From Camelus ferus (taxonomy: Eukaryota): a stretch of DNA of 64,000 nt. The position numbers were made by a program, and so were the translations under genes. The stretch lies in NCBI RefSeq assembly GCF_009834535.1, contig NC_045707.1:55306001-55370000 (forward strand). Direction: 5' to 3'. The notes under the pieces are model-generated. The model was not told the DNA's origin. It saw nothing but the letters and a program-made list of their open reading frames with translations, and ran no database searches. Position 1 is the first letter of the stretch; every line of letters starts with the position of its first letter. Below, one piece after another: positions 1 through 13,994 of this stretch.

Positions 1-735
1 CCATTCTGTAATATTTCCAAGCATCATCTCAAGCATCATCTTACGTAAGGGAAGATAAAGCATGTTGTTTACATATTCAATAACAAGGACAAGTTATAAT
101 TTCAGTCACAGTGGTTATCTGACAGTTATGCTGTATGGACATTGGCAAACTGAGGCTAATTTATTCCTGGATCTAAATACTGGTGTTCTTTTTATTTATG
201 GCTAGAAGTAAGTAAGATAATGGACCCTAACTACTGCATTGAGACTCCAGAGAGAGTTAAGGTAAATTAAATGGCACGCTTCCCAAAAAAATACGTTTGT
301 TGGATAATATACTTTTATGTCCTGGGCCCAAGTGGAAGTTTCAGAAATAAACATTATTTTATTAGTCACAAATTAAATATAAGGGGAAGGTCAAAATTAT
401 TTATATCTATGACCAAACAAACAAAAATACCGAGTCAGAGGATAAGATGATTTCTGATTTCTGATGCTTCATCTCTTTAATCATTGTTACTGGAAGTACC
501 TGATCTTCATCAAGTTATAGGATTTATAATCAGTCTCTGTAAAATAAAATGAGATTACTCTGATAATGCTAAGCTTTACTGTATCTCTTGAGAAGAAAAA
601 AATTATGAGAACAAATTTGTTTCCATAGTCACAGGAGTTCCTACTTTCTTTGCCTAAAGTTGTCTTCAAGTCACATCTTTTTCACTTCTATATTGGCAAA
701 GTTTTATCATATTATGATATATATTTTTTGGAGTC

Positions 736-1366
736 TATGGTAGACAGAATTCTCAGATGACCCAAGTGCCCCACCCGCTTGTATAATCACCTTTTCTTAA
801 ACTTGTGCAGGATGACAAATCACTTTGATGATTATGTTAGATCATATGGAATTTTCCAGATGTAACTAAGGACCTTAATCATTTGATTTTGAGTTAATCA
901 AGAGGGAGATTATCCTGGGTAGACTTGTCTATTCAACTCAGCCCTTAGCAGTGATCAGAGAGATGGGAAGTGAGCTGCTCCTGCTGGCCTTACCGGACAT
1001 AGTGCCATATTGTGGAGGGGGCTATGTGTCAGGGACCTCTAGGACCTGAGAATGTCCCCTAGTTGACATCCAGCAAGAAAGTAGAGACCTCAGTCTTAGG
1101 ACCACAAGGAACTAACTTTTGCCAGTAACCAGTGAACTTGGAAATGGATCCTAAGCTCCAAATAAAAATGAAGCTAGAATGACACCTTGATTTCAGCCTT
1201 GTGGGACCCTGCAAAGAGAAACCAGTTATAACATGTCTGGACTTCTGATCCACAGAAAATATGAGATAATTAATGGGTGTTATTTTAAACTACTAACTTT
1301 GGAGTAACACATTTAAAGTCACTATATTTGTGGTAGCTGGTTACACCACAATAGAAAATTAATATG
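736..1366 (+). mobile_element. MaLR solo LTR (MLT1E-like)
   Basis: MLT1 hallmark segments: tggtagacagaatt start, ttaatcaagagggagattatcctgggt, ccagcaagaaagtagagacctcagtc, gacaccttgatttcagccttgtgggaccct, and the end ttgtggta...gttacaccacaatagaaaattaata. Flanked by gagtc/gtgtc (4/5 TSD). Confidence 0.85.
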
Positions 1367-1633
1367 GTGTCTTTTCTCTAATAATTCCCATTTCTAATGC
1401 GTAATAGAAACTCAACGAAATTTGGCATTTCAAGGAATCATTACTCCTGTCAGTTCCCAGTTTTATGTTCAGTCTTGAACATAGATTTAAATATAGTAAA
1501 GAAGAGAATACAAGGTCTGAGTCTACCCTACTTAAAAGTATGTAACATGTTAGAAATTTAAAAAAGGAGTCTTAACTTCTATTGGGAAAACACTCACTTT
1601 ACAGAAGAGAAACTGAAGGACCTGAATTTATTT

Positions 1634-1877
1634 ATTTATTCTTTTTTTTTTTGTATATGCAGCATAATGCTTCAGTCATGTATGAACATACATACATTTG
1701 TTTTCATATTCTTTTTCACCATAAGATCATGAATATCACTACAAGATATTGAATATAGTTCCCTGTGCTGCACAGTGTGAGCTTATTTATTATATGTGTG
1801 TGTGTATATATATATTATATATATAATATATATATATTATATATATAATATATATATATATGTTAGTATCTGCAAAT
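1634..1877 (-). mobile_element. Young 5'-truncated L1 3'UTR fragment (camelid-type) with internal (TG)/(TA) microsatellite
   Basis: Shares tacaagatattgaatatagtt(c/t)cctgtgct with the L1 at 32087-33113. T-rich tail on the left. 12-bp TSD ctgaatttattt at 1622-1633 and 1878-1889. Confidence 0.85.
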
Positions 1878-2339
1878 CTGAATTTATTTTTAATCAAGAC
1901 TTCAAAAACTGGGGTAAAAATATAAAGACAAAAATTATGCAAATAACAAGTAATGTATTTAAATTTTTTGCAAACATATTTGAAACTTACTATTATTTAC
2001 CTATAGGTAGATTATTCAGATCTATTTGTCTTATATCCTCATACTACTTACTTCTTCTTCCTGGTTTTTGATTATATCTTTGCCTATGACCAGAAGTGAG
2101 CAATGCTAGAGAATATTCTCAATGAATATCTTTTAAAATTTACTAGCATCTGTGATCAAAGCTTGAGTGAAGGACAGGGATGAAGGTAATGTTTAAAAAT
2201 TAAGCTGCAGTACTTTGGGTAATATTGCAAGTTAAAAACAAACAAAATAAATCATAAAAATTTTAACTTTGAAACATGGTACTGCAAGTCCTTTTTATAA
2301 AAGCTGCAAAATGAGAATTTTTAGCTAATGAGTGAGACT

Positions 2340-2480
2340 TGGCAGGACATAAATGGAAATATGTTTCATTGGCTAACATGTTCTGGAGGCATATGAGTGT
2401 CTAACTAGATGATGCTCAAAGAGTATTTTTGGCATGGAAGTGCCTCCAAACATTTTGATCAGGAATTTGATCGCCATATG
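2340..2480 (+). mobile_element. Possible L3/CR1 RT relic
   Basis: Weak resemblance to recalled L3 segments (ctcaaagagta...aacattttgatcaggaatttgat). Very diverged. Confidence 0.3.
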
Positions 2481-3317
2481 TCCATATCCTCCAACTTAAA
2501 CGATGAACGTACTTCGGGTCTCTTGGGATTTCTTACTTCCTGGCAGCGCTGACTCTTTTACCTTTAAGAATTTTGTCCTGCAAAATGCATTCTTTTCCTC
2601 TCTCTCATAATTTTCCTTGTACATTGATCATTTCAATATAAACTGTCTGGGATTTTTAGCTAAAGCACTGGTTTATTGAAGCTCAGTATTGAGAGAAGCA
2701 GCCATGTTTTGTGTTTGTTCTGGAGCAGTGTTTATGAATTCCACTGTCATGACACTGAACCACTAAAGCGTCCACATTACAGATTCTTCTTTAGTCATAG
2801 ATGTTCATTTTTCATCTAAACTCCTAGGGTACAAATGTCTAAAGCGCATAATATGTCATTTTAATCTTTGTTTCCCCACAGAAACTTTCAAAAGGAAGGT
2901 ATCTGAAAATACTCGCAAATACATTACTGAATAGCATACTAGATAATTCATTCGTTTCAATAAATCTCATTTTTTAATAAAACATGCAGATGTCACCAAA
3001 AGTAGAAATCTGAGTTTTGGGGGAAGATAGTTGGACCTGAAATTTTTCTTATGCATTAGAAATTCTCAAATAACTGAAAATGTATAAGGAAGAAAATATT
3101 TTAATATTTTTCCAATTCACCTTACCGTTTGCTTCCATTTTTTTATGATACCATGAATATCATTTATAAATGTGTATGCACAAGTAATCCTGCCATATGG
3201 AAGTCTTAAGAGTAGTTTTTGGTTTTGTTTTGGTTTTTTTTTGTAGTTAACTGTCTAGATCTGACAGTTTGGGATAGGCATTGTAGGCAACTGATGGTTG
3301 CATGTTTTCTAAGTTAG

Positions 3318-3372
3318 TAGACTATATTTTTAGAATGGTTTTAGGTTTATAGGAAAACTGAAAGTACAGAGA
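3318..3372 (-). mobile_element. Old L1MC-type 3' end fragment
   Basis: tagactatatttttagaatggttttaggtttataggaaaactgaaagtacagaga resembles the reverse complement of the L1MC 3' terminus. Confidence 0.5.
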
Positions 3373-4769
3373 AAAATTGTTGCATTTTAATTATAAATGC
3401 TTATTTTAATTATTAGGCCTTGTGCACCACATTTTTGCAGTTTCTTTTAAATCCAAATTTTGCTTTGCCTTATTTTTTTATGTCCATTCTTTGAATATCT
3501 GAGTTTATATGAAGTTCTTACTAAGGAGCCCCTATAAGTCATGAAATAAAAAACATCAAAATGAAATATAATTGATTGATTAATATTATGGGTAAGGTTG
3601 GTATGCCTCCTAGGCAGCAATAGAAAGGGTTCAATCAGAAGCTCAAGTGGCATAATTGAAAATAAAGGCTTTTGTATTTAATACTTCACCTACTGAAAAG
3701 GGGAATTTCTCTTCTTGCATTAGATAGCTTGAGGCCTCAATCTCATATCTGATGGTGTCTGGGCCCATTTAAGTTATATATCAAGTTAAATTGCTCCCTG
3801 GCTGGCAGACATTTATGAGCAGAATTTTGAATGATCTCAATCTTTCAATTTAATAAAGGAGATAGTATATCTTAATAGTTTCTGTGTATTCAAAGGACTT
3901 CATAGAGTTCAGCAATGCCTGAATACAAAACACTCAAAAGACAAGAAGAATGACTGGTTGAATCAGAGAAGCATTAAGTTGTCTGGTCACAATCTGTGAG
4001 CCACATCCTGATAATGGTGCACGAAATGCCCTTGTTTCTCCCTGTGGCAAATTGCCATGCTTGACGTCTGTGGAAATTGTCGCACACCTGAATCCCTGAG
4101 ACACTGTTCTGCAACTTTTATCCCTCTGCAGGATTTTCTTCCCCCAACTCAAGTGCTGAGGGTACAGCAGAAAGGAACAGTAATGTTGGAAATGTGGTCT
4201 GACTACTCGAAACACCACTCAGCATGAAAGCTGAACTTAGAAAACAGAATAACTCTATTACTAAAGTGAAGACAATGTACTTGCAATAGTTATTTACTGT
4301 TTAAGTAAACTCAAAGATGCGTATGGAAATCTAAAGTTTTTACTGCTTCTGTGAGTCTTGCCCCAAATTCTAGCCAAGTTGTGAGTGTAATCCTTTTTAC
4401 GACATGATGATAATTAAGCCAACTATTCTCACAATCAGAGCGTCTGCAGGTTACATGCTATATCCATCCATCCTACCATCCATCTGTATATTAATTTATT
4501 TCTATCTATCTCTTATCAATCATCTATTTACCTAAAGCTATCTTCCCTAGAAGTACCCCCTGTAAACCTGTCTTTGAATGTTTCTCTATTTGTTCCTACT
4601 AGCTAATGATTTAACTTAAGAGGTGTTTTTTTTAATGTTTTGCTGCATAGTACTAAAAGAAACCCCACTTCTTCCAAAAAAAGACTTATCATTTTCTCAA
4701 GTCTGATTTCATCTCCATATCTCTCCATTATATCACATACTAGACCGTCTAGTGTTTTTGCCCAATTTC

Positions 4770-4895
4770 CTGACTCCCTAAATAGATGATAGGATTCTTC
4801 ATATCAGACACCACATTTTGTTCATTTTGAATCCTTCGTTTTTCCTAACCTAGTGCCTTATGAATAGTCAGGGCTAAACAAATGTGTATTGTATT
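4770..4895 (+). mobile_element. L2 3' end fragment
   Basis: ttttgttcatttt...cctagtgccttatgaatagtcagggctaaacaaatgtgtattg matches the L2 3' terminus pattern. Confidence 0.55.
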
Positions 4896-4994
4896 AGTGA
4901 TAAAGAGTATCTTTTATGTTTTTATGCTGGCTAACTTATTTTAGAATATAAATATCTTGGTGCATCTGTTATAGCTCATAGGTACAAATAAGAC

Positions 4995-5210
4995 TAATAA
5001 TCACGAGTTCATGCTACATGTTAGGCACCGTGCAGCATACTTTATATACATTGTTGCACTGGTTCCTGACAGTAGACATGGAAGATGCAATGGCCGAAGG
5101 AAGCTGAGGGTTATGCAGGTTAAGAGACTTGTCCAGATTCAGGGAATGGTACAACTAGGATTTAATTTCTGAGCTTTAAGACTCTCCATATGGGGTCTGT
5201 AACTACTAGG
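4995..5210 (-). mobile_element. MIR SINE
   Basis: catgttaggcaccgtg...ggaagctgaggg...aggttaagagacttgtccag...ctaggatttaa matches the MIR core, antisense. Confidence 0.65.
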
Positions 5211-5249
5211 CTGTGTTGTAACTGCTTGAGTTTGGCATGTGAGACAGTC

Positions 5250-5620
5250 ATTAAACTGTTCATCATCTGGCCATCTTCCTTGTGGACACATGATCCAGCT
5301 GAATTTTCCCACCCTACGTGATTTTAGTATGGCCTTGTGATGTCCTATGACATAAAATATAAATAGAAGTGATGGTGCCCTTTCTGACAGAAGCTTTGAG
5401 TACCAACTGGTGATCTGTCATGTTCTCTTACCTCTGCTGATGTGATTTTGGAAACTTCCTTCAGTCTGAGTCTTTGAGCGACTATAACAAGCATAGCCCT
5501 AATGCTGGCCTATGTCATATCTGTACCATGAATGAAGAAACAAATATTACTGTGTTAAGTTGCTGACATATTGGGGTTGTTTATTACTACAAATTAACCA
5601 AGTCCATCCTAACTTATATA
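5250..5620 (+). mobile_element. MaLR solo LTR (MLT1H/I/J-like)
   Basis: tatggccttgtga...agaagtgatggtgccctttctg...cttccttcagtctgagtc...tgtgttaagttgctgacatattggggttgtttattactac...catcctaacttatata. Confidence 0.7.
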
Positions 5621-5799
5621 GGAAGAATCTGTTCTTCTTGCAAAATATCTTTTTCTATGACTTTTCCTTCAGTTACCTGTTTCTTGTTTGAACAGCAGTC
5701 TATTTATGCTCAGATACATGATTGCAGTATTATATTCACCAACATGCCACAATAGTTGGAAGGCCAATCCTTATGGAGAATTGAGAGACTTGAAGACTC

Positions 5800-6098
5800 T
5801 TTTATCAGAATCATCTGGGAGATTATGAACAAATACACACTGCAGTCCAACCCAAATCTACTAGATCTAAATCTCTAAGGGTGGGCCATTGAATCCGTAC
5901 TTTTCACTGATATATATTTTTTTAATTTGGGGGGGGGATAATTAGGTTTATTTATTCATTTATTTTAATGGAAGTACTGGGGATTGAACCCAGGACCTTG
6001 TGCATGCTAAGCATGTGTTCTACCACTGAGCTATACCCGCCCCCTTCACTGATATCTTGAAGGAGTCTTACATACAGTAAACTTTGAGAATTAATGCC
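5800..6098. mobile_element. MER5-type hAT-Charlie MITE interrupted by a SINE
   Basis: atcagaatcatctgggag...aatctctaagggtgggcc on the left of the SINE; aaactttgagaattaatg (TIR-like) on the right. Confidence 0.65.
5914..6044 (-). mobile_element. tRNA-derived SINE (Vic-1-like, camelid)
   Basis: Minus strand reads gggggcgggtatagctcagtggtaga (A box)...gggttcaatccc (B box), then an A-rich tail with a C-run. 11-bp TSD ttcactgatat at 5903-5913 and 6045-6055. Confidence 0.92.
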
Positions 6099-7139
6099 AT
6101 GGATAGTAGAAGGCAACATTTATTTCCAGAGCTAAGTCTTGGGCTCAGCCTCCTCCTTGAGGCATAGCAGGAGTTATTCTTAGGCATTGCCTTAATGTCT
6201 TTCTGATAAGTGACACCCATAAACAGCAACAAAAAATTAACTTGAAATGCAAATTAGAAGTTTAAGAACATTTCAGTTTTTAAGATAAAATGAGCAGGAT
6301 GTAATGAAAAGGCATATTTAGAGAAATGAAATTGAGACTCAGAATGTAATTACTTTCAGATCATGTTCCTTGGGTAAGAATCCAAGTAATATGCTTTCAT
6401 TATGGAAAATATATGGATACAAACTACAGATAAGAAAAAAAAATGAGAGAAATAAAAATAAGCTATAATTTGGTATGTCTTTCCAGACTTCTTTTTTCCT
6501 TCTTTTGCAGTGAGATCTCTACTGGATATATATTAGCACACATATAGCATAAATGACATCATACACTAAATACATTTATTAAATATTCTGTGGGCTTTTG
6601 TTTCCTTTTATCATTTTATTGTTTTTTTAACAATATTGTTATGCTTATGGTGGTGAATAACATCTCAGTTGTTTATAATATATTCAAGCTTTATAATCCA
6701 CTATTACCCTCCATAATTTCTCAGTTTGAAGGCATGTAGAACTTAATGCGTTTGACAGCAGCTCTGCTACCAGTCCATATGACCCTAATTGAATTACTTA
6801 ATTCTCCTGAGATTTACTTTTTAATCTGTGTATTCCTGGCACCATACAACCCTGAATTGTCCCCTTCAGTCCTTGCCACGCCCCTCTAAAGTAAATGTCT
6901 TCACCTCTTTTCATAGAGGAGAACTGGGTCCTCTGGGGATGTCACATAGCCAGTAAATAAAGCCAGCGTTGTCTGCCGCTAAAGCTCCCGCCTGTCTCCC
7001 ACATCTTCAGCATGAGGCCGGTTGTCTTGATTGTTTTTTTTAAAGAAAATGAACTCTGCCTGCAAATATGAGAAACACATCAGTGTAAAACTTAAAATAT
7101 CTTTTGTTTCTTCTTTGGATGGTATAATCAAAAAGATAC

Positions 7140-7330
7140 TATCTTTGGAACAAAAAACTCCCAAGATTCAAATATCCCCTCTAGCACTTACTAAGTTCTG
7201 TGGCCATGGTCAAGTCCTTTTTCCTGTACAAAGAGGATAGTAAAACTTTTGAAGTTTTCTTTTAAAGTTTACAGAATAATGAATCCAAAGTGCCTAGAGC
7301 CGTGTTTGATCCATGGTAAATTTGTGTTGA
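7140..7330 (+). mobile_element. MIR SINE (degenerate)
   Basis: gattcaaatatcccctctagcacttactaagttctgtggccatggtcaagtc matches the MIR 5' half. Confidence 0.55.
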
Positions 7331-8219
7331 ATTTTACCAGAAGCCATAAGTAGCACTTGACTAACCCGTGTACTTTAAAGGCATATTTTTAAACACAGGG
7401 GATTTTTTTATAGATACGAATATTACTTTACTTCTACTAGATGACATCGTTTTCCACTCCCTTTATCACTTTATAGAATATTCCAGTCATAATGAACAAG
7501 AGTCTGATGCCTTTATCCAGCACTTATGAATAGGTCTCCCATGTTTACTGCAGTTTTGTAGTTCAGATTACACGAGGGACTCATAATTATTGGGTTTACT
7601 ATGAATCACTACAGATAATTGTGCACGTGCAAAATAATTATAGATAAGTGGTCACCAAGTCTAATAGGTTTATTTTATTAACATAGGACACTGATATTTA
7701 TAAAGTACTATGAAACTTCCCTCTATGAACAATAAGGATCAAAGAACAAACTGCATTCTTCTTAGAATGTAGCTAGGCTGACATACAGAAGATTGACTTG
7801 ATTATAAAAAGGAGCATGCTCTTTGCATTAAATGGTGTATGGCTAAACAAGCTGGATTCATTTGACTTCCCAGACAGCCTGAGTTGGATTCAGAAGCAGC
7901 TAATTGCCTTGGGGACCTTCCTTTGGCATCTTGCCCAATGGCACTCTTCGTGGGAGGAGCAGCTTCACACGCAGTGCTTTAAAGCATCTGGGTTGCTGTT
8001 GTTCTGAATGCTACTGCTGACAGATTTACCATCTGCCTTTGAGAAAGACAGCGGTCTGGGGAACTTTGATACTAAAGCATTCACATGATAGCCTTTGACA
8101 GTCAAAAGCTCTCATTAAATAAGAGACCAAAATATATCCCATCTAAACTAAACAAAAAATAAAGCACAAGCTTTATTTTGATTTTCATTCTCTACAAACG
8201 TAGCATGGAGATTCATTGA

Positions 8220-8430
8220 TGATAGCGCATGTATTGAACACTATTGTGCTGCCTACACGAAGTGCTACACATTTCCATGTGCAATCTACCCAGCCACAAA
8301 TTAAGGAGGTAGGGTTTTTATCTTGGTTTTTAAAACAAGGAAACTAATACTTAGAGAATAAAAAGTTTGCCCAAGCTCAGTTTAGCTAGTGTCAGAGCAG
8401 GAATTTGAATCCAAGTGGTCAAAGTCAGTT
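8220..8430 (-). mobile_element. MIR SINE
   Basis: aaggaaactaatacttagagaat...tttgcccaagctcagtttagctagtgtcagagcaggaatttgaatccaag. Confidence 0.7.
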
Positions 8431-9889
8431 TACCATAGTAGAGTTTCACTTCTGTGTATGCTACGTTTTTAACCATTTTCTCCTGGAAGTTGATGTTCTG
8501 AATTGCCTTAGCATAGGTTGATTATTTAATTAATGATGCAGGTGCACAGCATATTTCTAATACAGTAGATTTTACAGTCAGGGGAGATTACTCAGAACAT
8601 GGTTATATTGAGATCAAGAGTGCAAATTTGGTTTTTTCTTGCCTCATTAGCTTCTCCAGAGGAAAATGTTATTCAGGGAGCAACTGTATCCCTATTCCTT
8701 AAAGGTGTCAAAGGTTGGACCAGATACGGTTGACAGAAGTACACTTCACCTTTAAAGCAACCAGAGTACTTGTCACAGTGGTGTGAAAGTACTTTAAAAA
8801 GTATAACTATGCAACTTTGAGCTTTATTGTATCTGAAAGATGACAAATTTGGCTAACCTAATGTTTACTAACACTTGCAATAGGTTTTTATAATCATGAG
8901 TCTTGCTTTCATAGAGGATTGATAAAATATATGCTCTTAGTAAGTGAGATTGAGTGAGATGTAATAGGCATGTATAATCATATTTGCACACAACTACAAT
9001 TACATACACTGCTTTGCTTAAACATTCTTGGCCTGCCCTTTAAACACTCAAATCCTGGTGATCTCAATGCCATTAATAAGACATCTATGTTAACTTTAAA
9101 TGGTAATTTAATTTAAAGTCCCTAAACAGAAATGCATGGACACATTTAAAATTGAATTGCATCTTTTAAAATAGCTCTCTGTGGACATTTCCTTCTGTTC
9201 CTTAAAAGGCAGGCACATTCCAGCTGTAAGCATTTGCAGTTGGAATGCGTATTGTGACCGATAGTTGCCCTGCTTTCTTTTCCCTCGGGGAAATCCACCA
9301 ACCTGGTTGCAGACTGTCAGTGGGAAGATAGGTAGAATGATTTATAGCCAGCCTGTGGCTGTTTATACTGAAGTGCATATAGCCAAATCACACTGGAGAG
9401 GAAAATGGAGTGGATGATATTGATTCATATCTTTTTTAGGACAAGCCTTAAACCCCACAAGGACAATCAATACTGAGTCTATTAACTTAAAATATGTAGT
9501 ATGCTAATGAACAGTAGAAAAAAATTGAGAGCAGTAAAGTAACTTTAAATGTAGAGGAACTACAACATACGAAGGTGATGTGTGTGAGTCTGAAACTTAT
9601 GATTTAACATCACTCAGTATCAGTGAAATATACTTTCTTATTATGTTTGAAGACTCTGGCTCCTTTTCTGGTATCAGGCAAAGAAACAAGTTAATTTATT
9701 TATTGGATATAAAAGTTTCCAATAAGTCAAGTCATAGTTAAAGGAAGAGAGAAAATGTTTGGGTCAATGAAATATAAAGTGATGCATATGCACTAATCCA
9801 CAAGGAGGTGGTGTGGTGGCAAGGACTGTGTCCTATGAGTCTAGTTTCACCAATGTGGGGAGATTTCTGGATTTGATGATAAATACACC

Positions 9890-10080
9890 TGAGGACAAGT
9901 CTTGATTTGGCCACTTCTAGTGCATCTCCAGATAAGTTGCTTAACTTTTCTTTGCCTCTGAATTCTTACTTGCAAGATGGGATAATAACACCAATTTCAT
10001 ATATTTCTTATGAGGTTTAGATAAGAGGAAATGAAGTGGTTGCCACATTGAAAACATTGAATCAGTGCTAGTTTCTGTCT
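9890..10080 (+). mobile_element. MIR SINE
   Basis: gataagttgcttaacttttctttgcctctgaattcttacttgcaagatgggataataacacc matches the MIR core. Confidence 0.7.
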
Positions 10081-11503
10081 TTGCTCCATATTTCACTGCT
10101 TCCTGAAAATGTCTTAGCCTGACGTTCAAGAATTCCACCCATTCTTCCAGCTGGATGCCTTACAGTGCCCTATTCAAAAATCATACTTTCCCTGAATTGG
10201 TTGGTAAGTAGTCCTTGACTTTCTTACATTTTATCCAATTCCTACTCTTTTACTTAAAGTGAAAAGCTGTTTACATCTTTCTCAAGTGAAAACCAGTCTT
10301 TTTGTACGTCAGCTGACCAACAATCATTTTGAGTTGTTTAAAGGAGACTACTTGTCAGTCTTTGTTAATCAGAATGCCTGTGTTTCTCAGGGGATTTTTT
10401 TTTTTCTCCTTTTAGAAAACAACAACAAACAATTCTACAGAATCTTTTAAATTGAATCTTCAAACTATTTTCAAGAGCATAATAAACTATTTTTTCTTCT
10501 GTTCAGACCATACTCCAATGTCCTAAAGAGACGTAAGCATATTTATGTAGTTTATATATCAGATTTCTGTGTAAGATTTCCCTTACTAAAGGAAATTAAA
10601 ACCAAAACAAAAAACAAAAAAACAAAAAAATTCTGCCTTGAAGGAGTTCTATATAATGGTACAGAAATTCAGGTCAGCAAACTGATTAGTTTAAAACTCA
10701 GGAATTTTTCACCTTATATTAACACTATTTAGGTCAGGAGTCCCAAACAAAAGTGTTTTCAAGGGTAAGAAGAGTAATATAATGGACTGCAGTAGACCAG
10801 TAAAATTTAACAGGGACTGTTGACAACAAAGACATATTGAAGAGTGCAAATACCATCCAAATTTATATCTCTGTGTCTCAGGATCTCTGTTTTTCTCTGT
10901 ACCTCTGCATCCATATAATTGTTCATGACAATTCAAACTATATCTACAAGCCAAATTCTTCCAGAATCCAGCCAGATTGTGACCTTTGTGCTAGTGTAGA
11001 TAAAACAACAAACACACTCATAAATTTACTTGCAGTTATTGAATGTTAAAGGGAAGAGTATTTTGCCCTGAGATGGTGAAAAAGATTGAATTAGAATTAG
11101 AAGTGGTACTATTTCAAATACTCTCCTCTTCCTGGACTCTTCCTCTTCCTTTTTCTGCTCCTTTCCATGTACATATTCCATGATCTTCTGTTTTTCTCCC
11201 ATATTCTAGCAGTACCCAAGCTGGGATCTGGCTTCACACAGGGAGGCAGATCCCATTTCTGGGAGCAGAGTGGAGAGAGGGAGAGAGAAGCAGCCTAAGG
11301 AAGAGGGATCCTCAGGATGTCCATGCTACGTGGGTGTCCTATCAGGGGAGGTTGTCCCCCTTTTGGGGTAGTTAACAGAAGCTTCCTGTAAGACTCAACA
11401 GTGGGGATGCTTTCTGATCACTGCCTTTGTTGCTTAAGCTTGGCCAAGCCACTTTAAATATTGCTGGGACAGAATTATTTTGTTAAAATATTATGGCAAA
11501 TTT

Positions 11504-11508
<5 letters not shown>

Positions 11509-11552
<44 letters not shown>
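11509..11552. repeat. (TA)22 microsatellite
   Basis: Perfect dinucleotide run read directly from the sequence. Confidence 0.97.
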
Positions 11553-11556
<4 letters not shown>

Positions 11557-13994
11557 TTTAGTAAGAGTTCATTTTTATAATATACAAGTCTACTGTTCAG
11601 CTTTTATACAGACTTTTATTTCAGATGGAGTTTCAGGAACATGCTGTGTAGAAAGCAGAGTGTTTCCTAAGCTTGCTCTACTTCCCCTCTCTGTCTCTTG
11701 ACAGTCAAATCCTGTGTGTGACTCCCATCCTGGCTCATTTGTCATTTGACTCCACAGATCCATTCCTGTCTAATCGCAGCACAAAATTGCTGGCTCCTCC
11801 TGTAAAGCACCTTTTTTTTTTTTTTTCCTTTTTGTGGCACTTATTTTGTAGCTTATAGCATAATTACTTGTGATTACATCTCATCTCTGTTCTGATACCA
11901 CCTACCCAGCAGTCTTAGACATCTCCTCCCCCCAGATGCTCGCTGCTCTACGCTGTAGCAAATACAGAAGAGTCATTGGCTGTCTATAACACTTTTAGAA
12001 ATCGATCAGATTAGTCAGATTATCTACAAGATTCTTTTAATAATAGTATGATGGTTGACTAGTTCTCATCAATGTTAAGAATCAGTGCATATGAGTCAAA
12101 TAAGAAGTTGACAGTAATAAACAAACGTAAGTCAACTCACGCATTTATGGCCCCTTTAATTTTAGAACCCCAGGTACTGTAGCATCGGGCAAATTCCTAA
12201 TACGTATATTTTTCCCTTGGGGATCCATAGCTGTCTTCTTCGGGGATTGTTAACATTCCACTCAAATATCCAAGCATGCTTTTATGTGCTATTCACTCCT
12301 TAGCACTCTCTGACACAGAAATTACAGGAAGGTATTTCCTCTATTTTTATCCCAATTCAAAACATAACCTACAAGACTACATTCTTTTCTGTCTCCTTTT
12401 GTGCTTGTACAAGTTTAATACATTCAAGCCTTGATGTCATCTTCACTATCTTACGATTTATTGCTACACATTGGCTTAACTGCCAAAGCCATTAGGCGAG
12501 GTGAACATCCATTTGAGGAGAAAATGCGGTTGTTAATCTCAAAAGAGATATTTGTCAGCCTCTTTTTTAAAATTCAAAATTTTAGCAAAGCTCATAAAAA
12601 GTTCCAAAAAAGTAATTAAAATCTTAAGAACAGGGCTATAATTATGATTTATCAAGGAATACCAATGTAAATTCAATCCACATCTTGGAATTTGCATTAA
12701 AAATAATGCCTCTTTTTGACAAAAGGTGTCAATAATGAAATAAAAAATAAAGTGAACCAATTTAATCTTCCCTGTAGGAAGCAAATGAAAGCCTTATCTC
12801 ATTTCTTACACAGAAAATTAATAGATTTGAAAAGCAGGCCTTGTAAAAAGGCCTCTCTTGCATTATTAAAATGGGCATCTAAAATTGAAAATAAAAAGTA
12901 CTTTATGAAAATATTGATGTGGTAATGACTTTGCAATTTTGGAGCACAATGGAAAAATCTCTTCTTATAGCTACTATTCCTCTTTGCATTGTTGCAACAC
13001 ATTTTTAAAAATACCACAGTGCATTTCAAAAATACACAAAGCAAAATAATATTAAGAAAGGGAGAAGTAAATTAGGGGAAATGAAAGGAGCATGATTGGA
13101 AGCTTTCATGACTATTGTCAGTAATGTGAAGGAAAATTGAGAGGTTGCAAGCTTTTTATTGAGGAACTAGTGAGTTATCTCATAATTTCCTTTCATTGTT
13201 TTATCCAGTTCCCACAATAAATTGCTAAATTGAGTACTGTCCAGTTTTACAGAGAAGAAAAAAGTGGGTGGCCAGGAGATCCTTGGGTATCATTTGTACA
13301 AGTTCACACGTGGAATAAGTTGCAGACCAGGAACTAAACCCGTGGCTCTTCTTCTCTCACTATTTTTAAATTAATTTTTTCTGAATACCAAAAAAGCATA
13401 TAAAGATATTGCTGAATTTAAGGGTCAGTGAATGCCAAAGGAATCATCCGTTCCAATAATGTGATATTAGAAGAACAGTTTGGTAAGATTAAAATATACA
13501 TTATAATAAGGCAAAGAGGGTGAGATATGTAGCCATTTTTCAGGTATTTTTTGTTTCTATGACTGAAGAATATAATATAAAGGTAAATATGATAGTATTT
13601 AAAAATTCTTTTGAGAGAAAAGATTGTTACTAGGGTTGTTTCCAAAAGTTGTTTCAAGGGTTTTTCCGGGACATTATTTTTATTTCTACTTGTCAATATA
13701 ATCACAATAGGGCTACACATAAATGCAGAGGACTTTGATGGCACACTCTTTCAGAAACATGATTCTATGGTATTTTATTATATGTCACAAAGTCAAAATT
13801 TGTTAAAAAATCAAAAATTTAATTCACTGGAAACTTTAATGAATCATCCCTGTATAAATATACTTGTCATCCCACTTGTTTTTATGTTCCTTTAATATGT
13901 CAAACATTTTATTCTTATCTGTAGAGCTTTTTTTTTTTTTTACAATTTATCTCACAATTCTTCTATTAAGCTTGCCCTATAGAAAAGAAAATGC

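Noticed and set aside
4105..4230. Plus-strand exon after acceptor-like ttttatccctctgcAG (4131)
   Set aside because: No convincing donor, the frame-0 translation stops within ~32 codons, and the peptide is unrecognised.
5914..6044. tRNA gene (also at 47272-47418)
   Set aside because: A and B boxes are present, but the A-rich tail, TSDs and second dispersed copy identify a tRNA-derived SINE.
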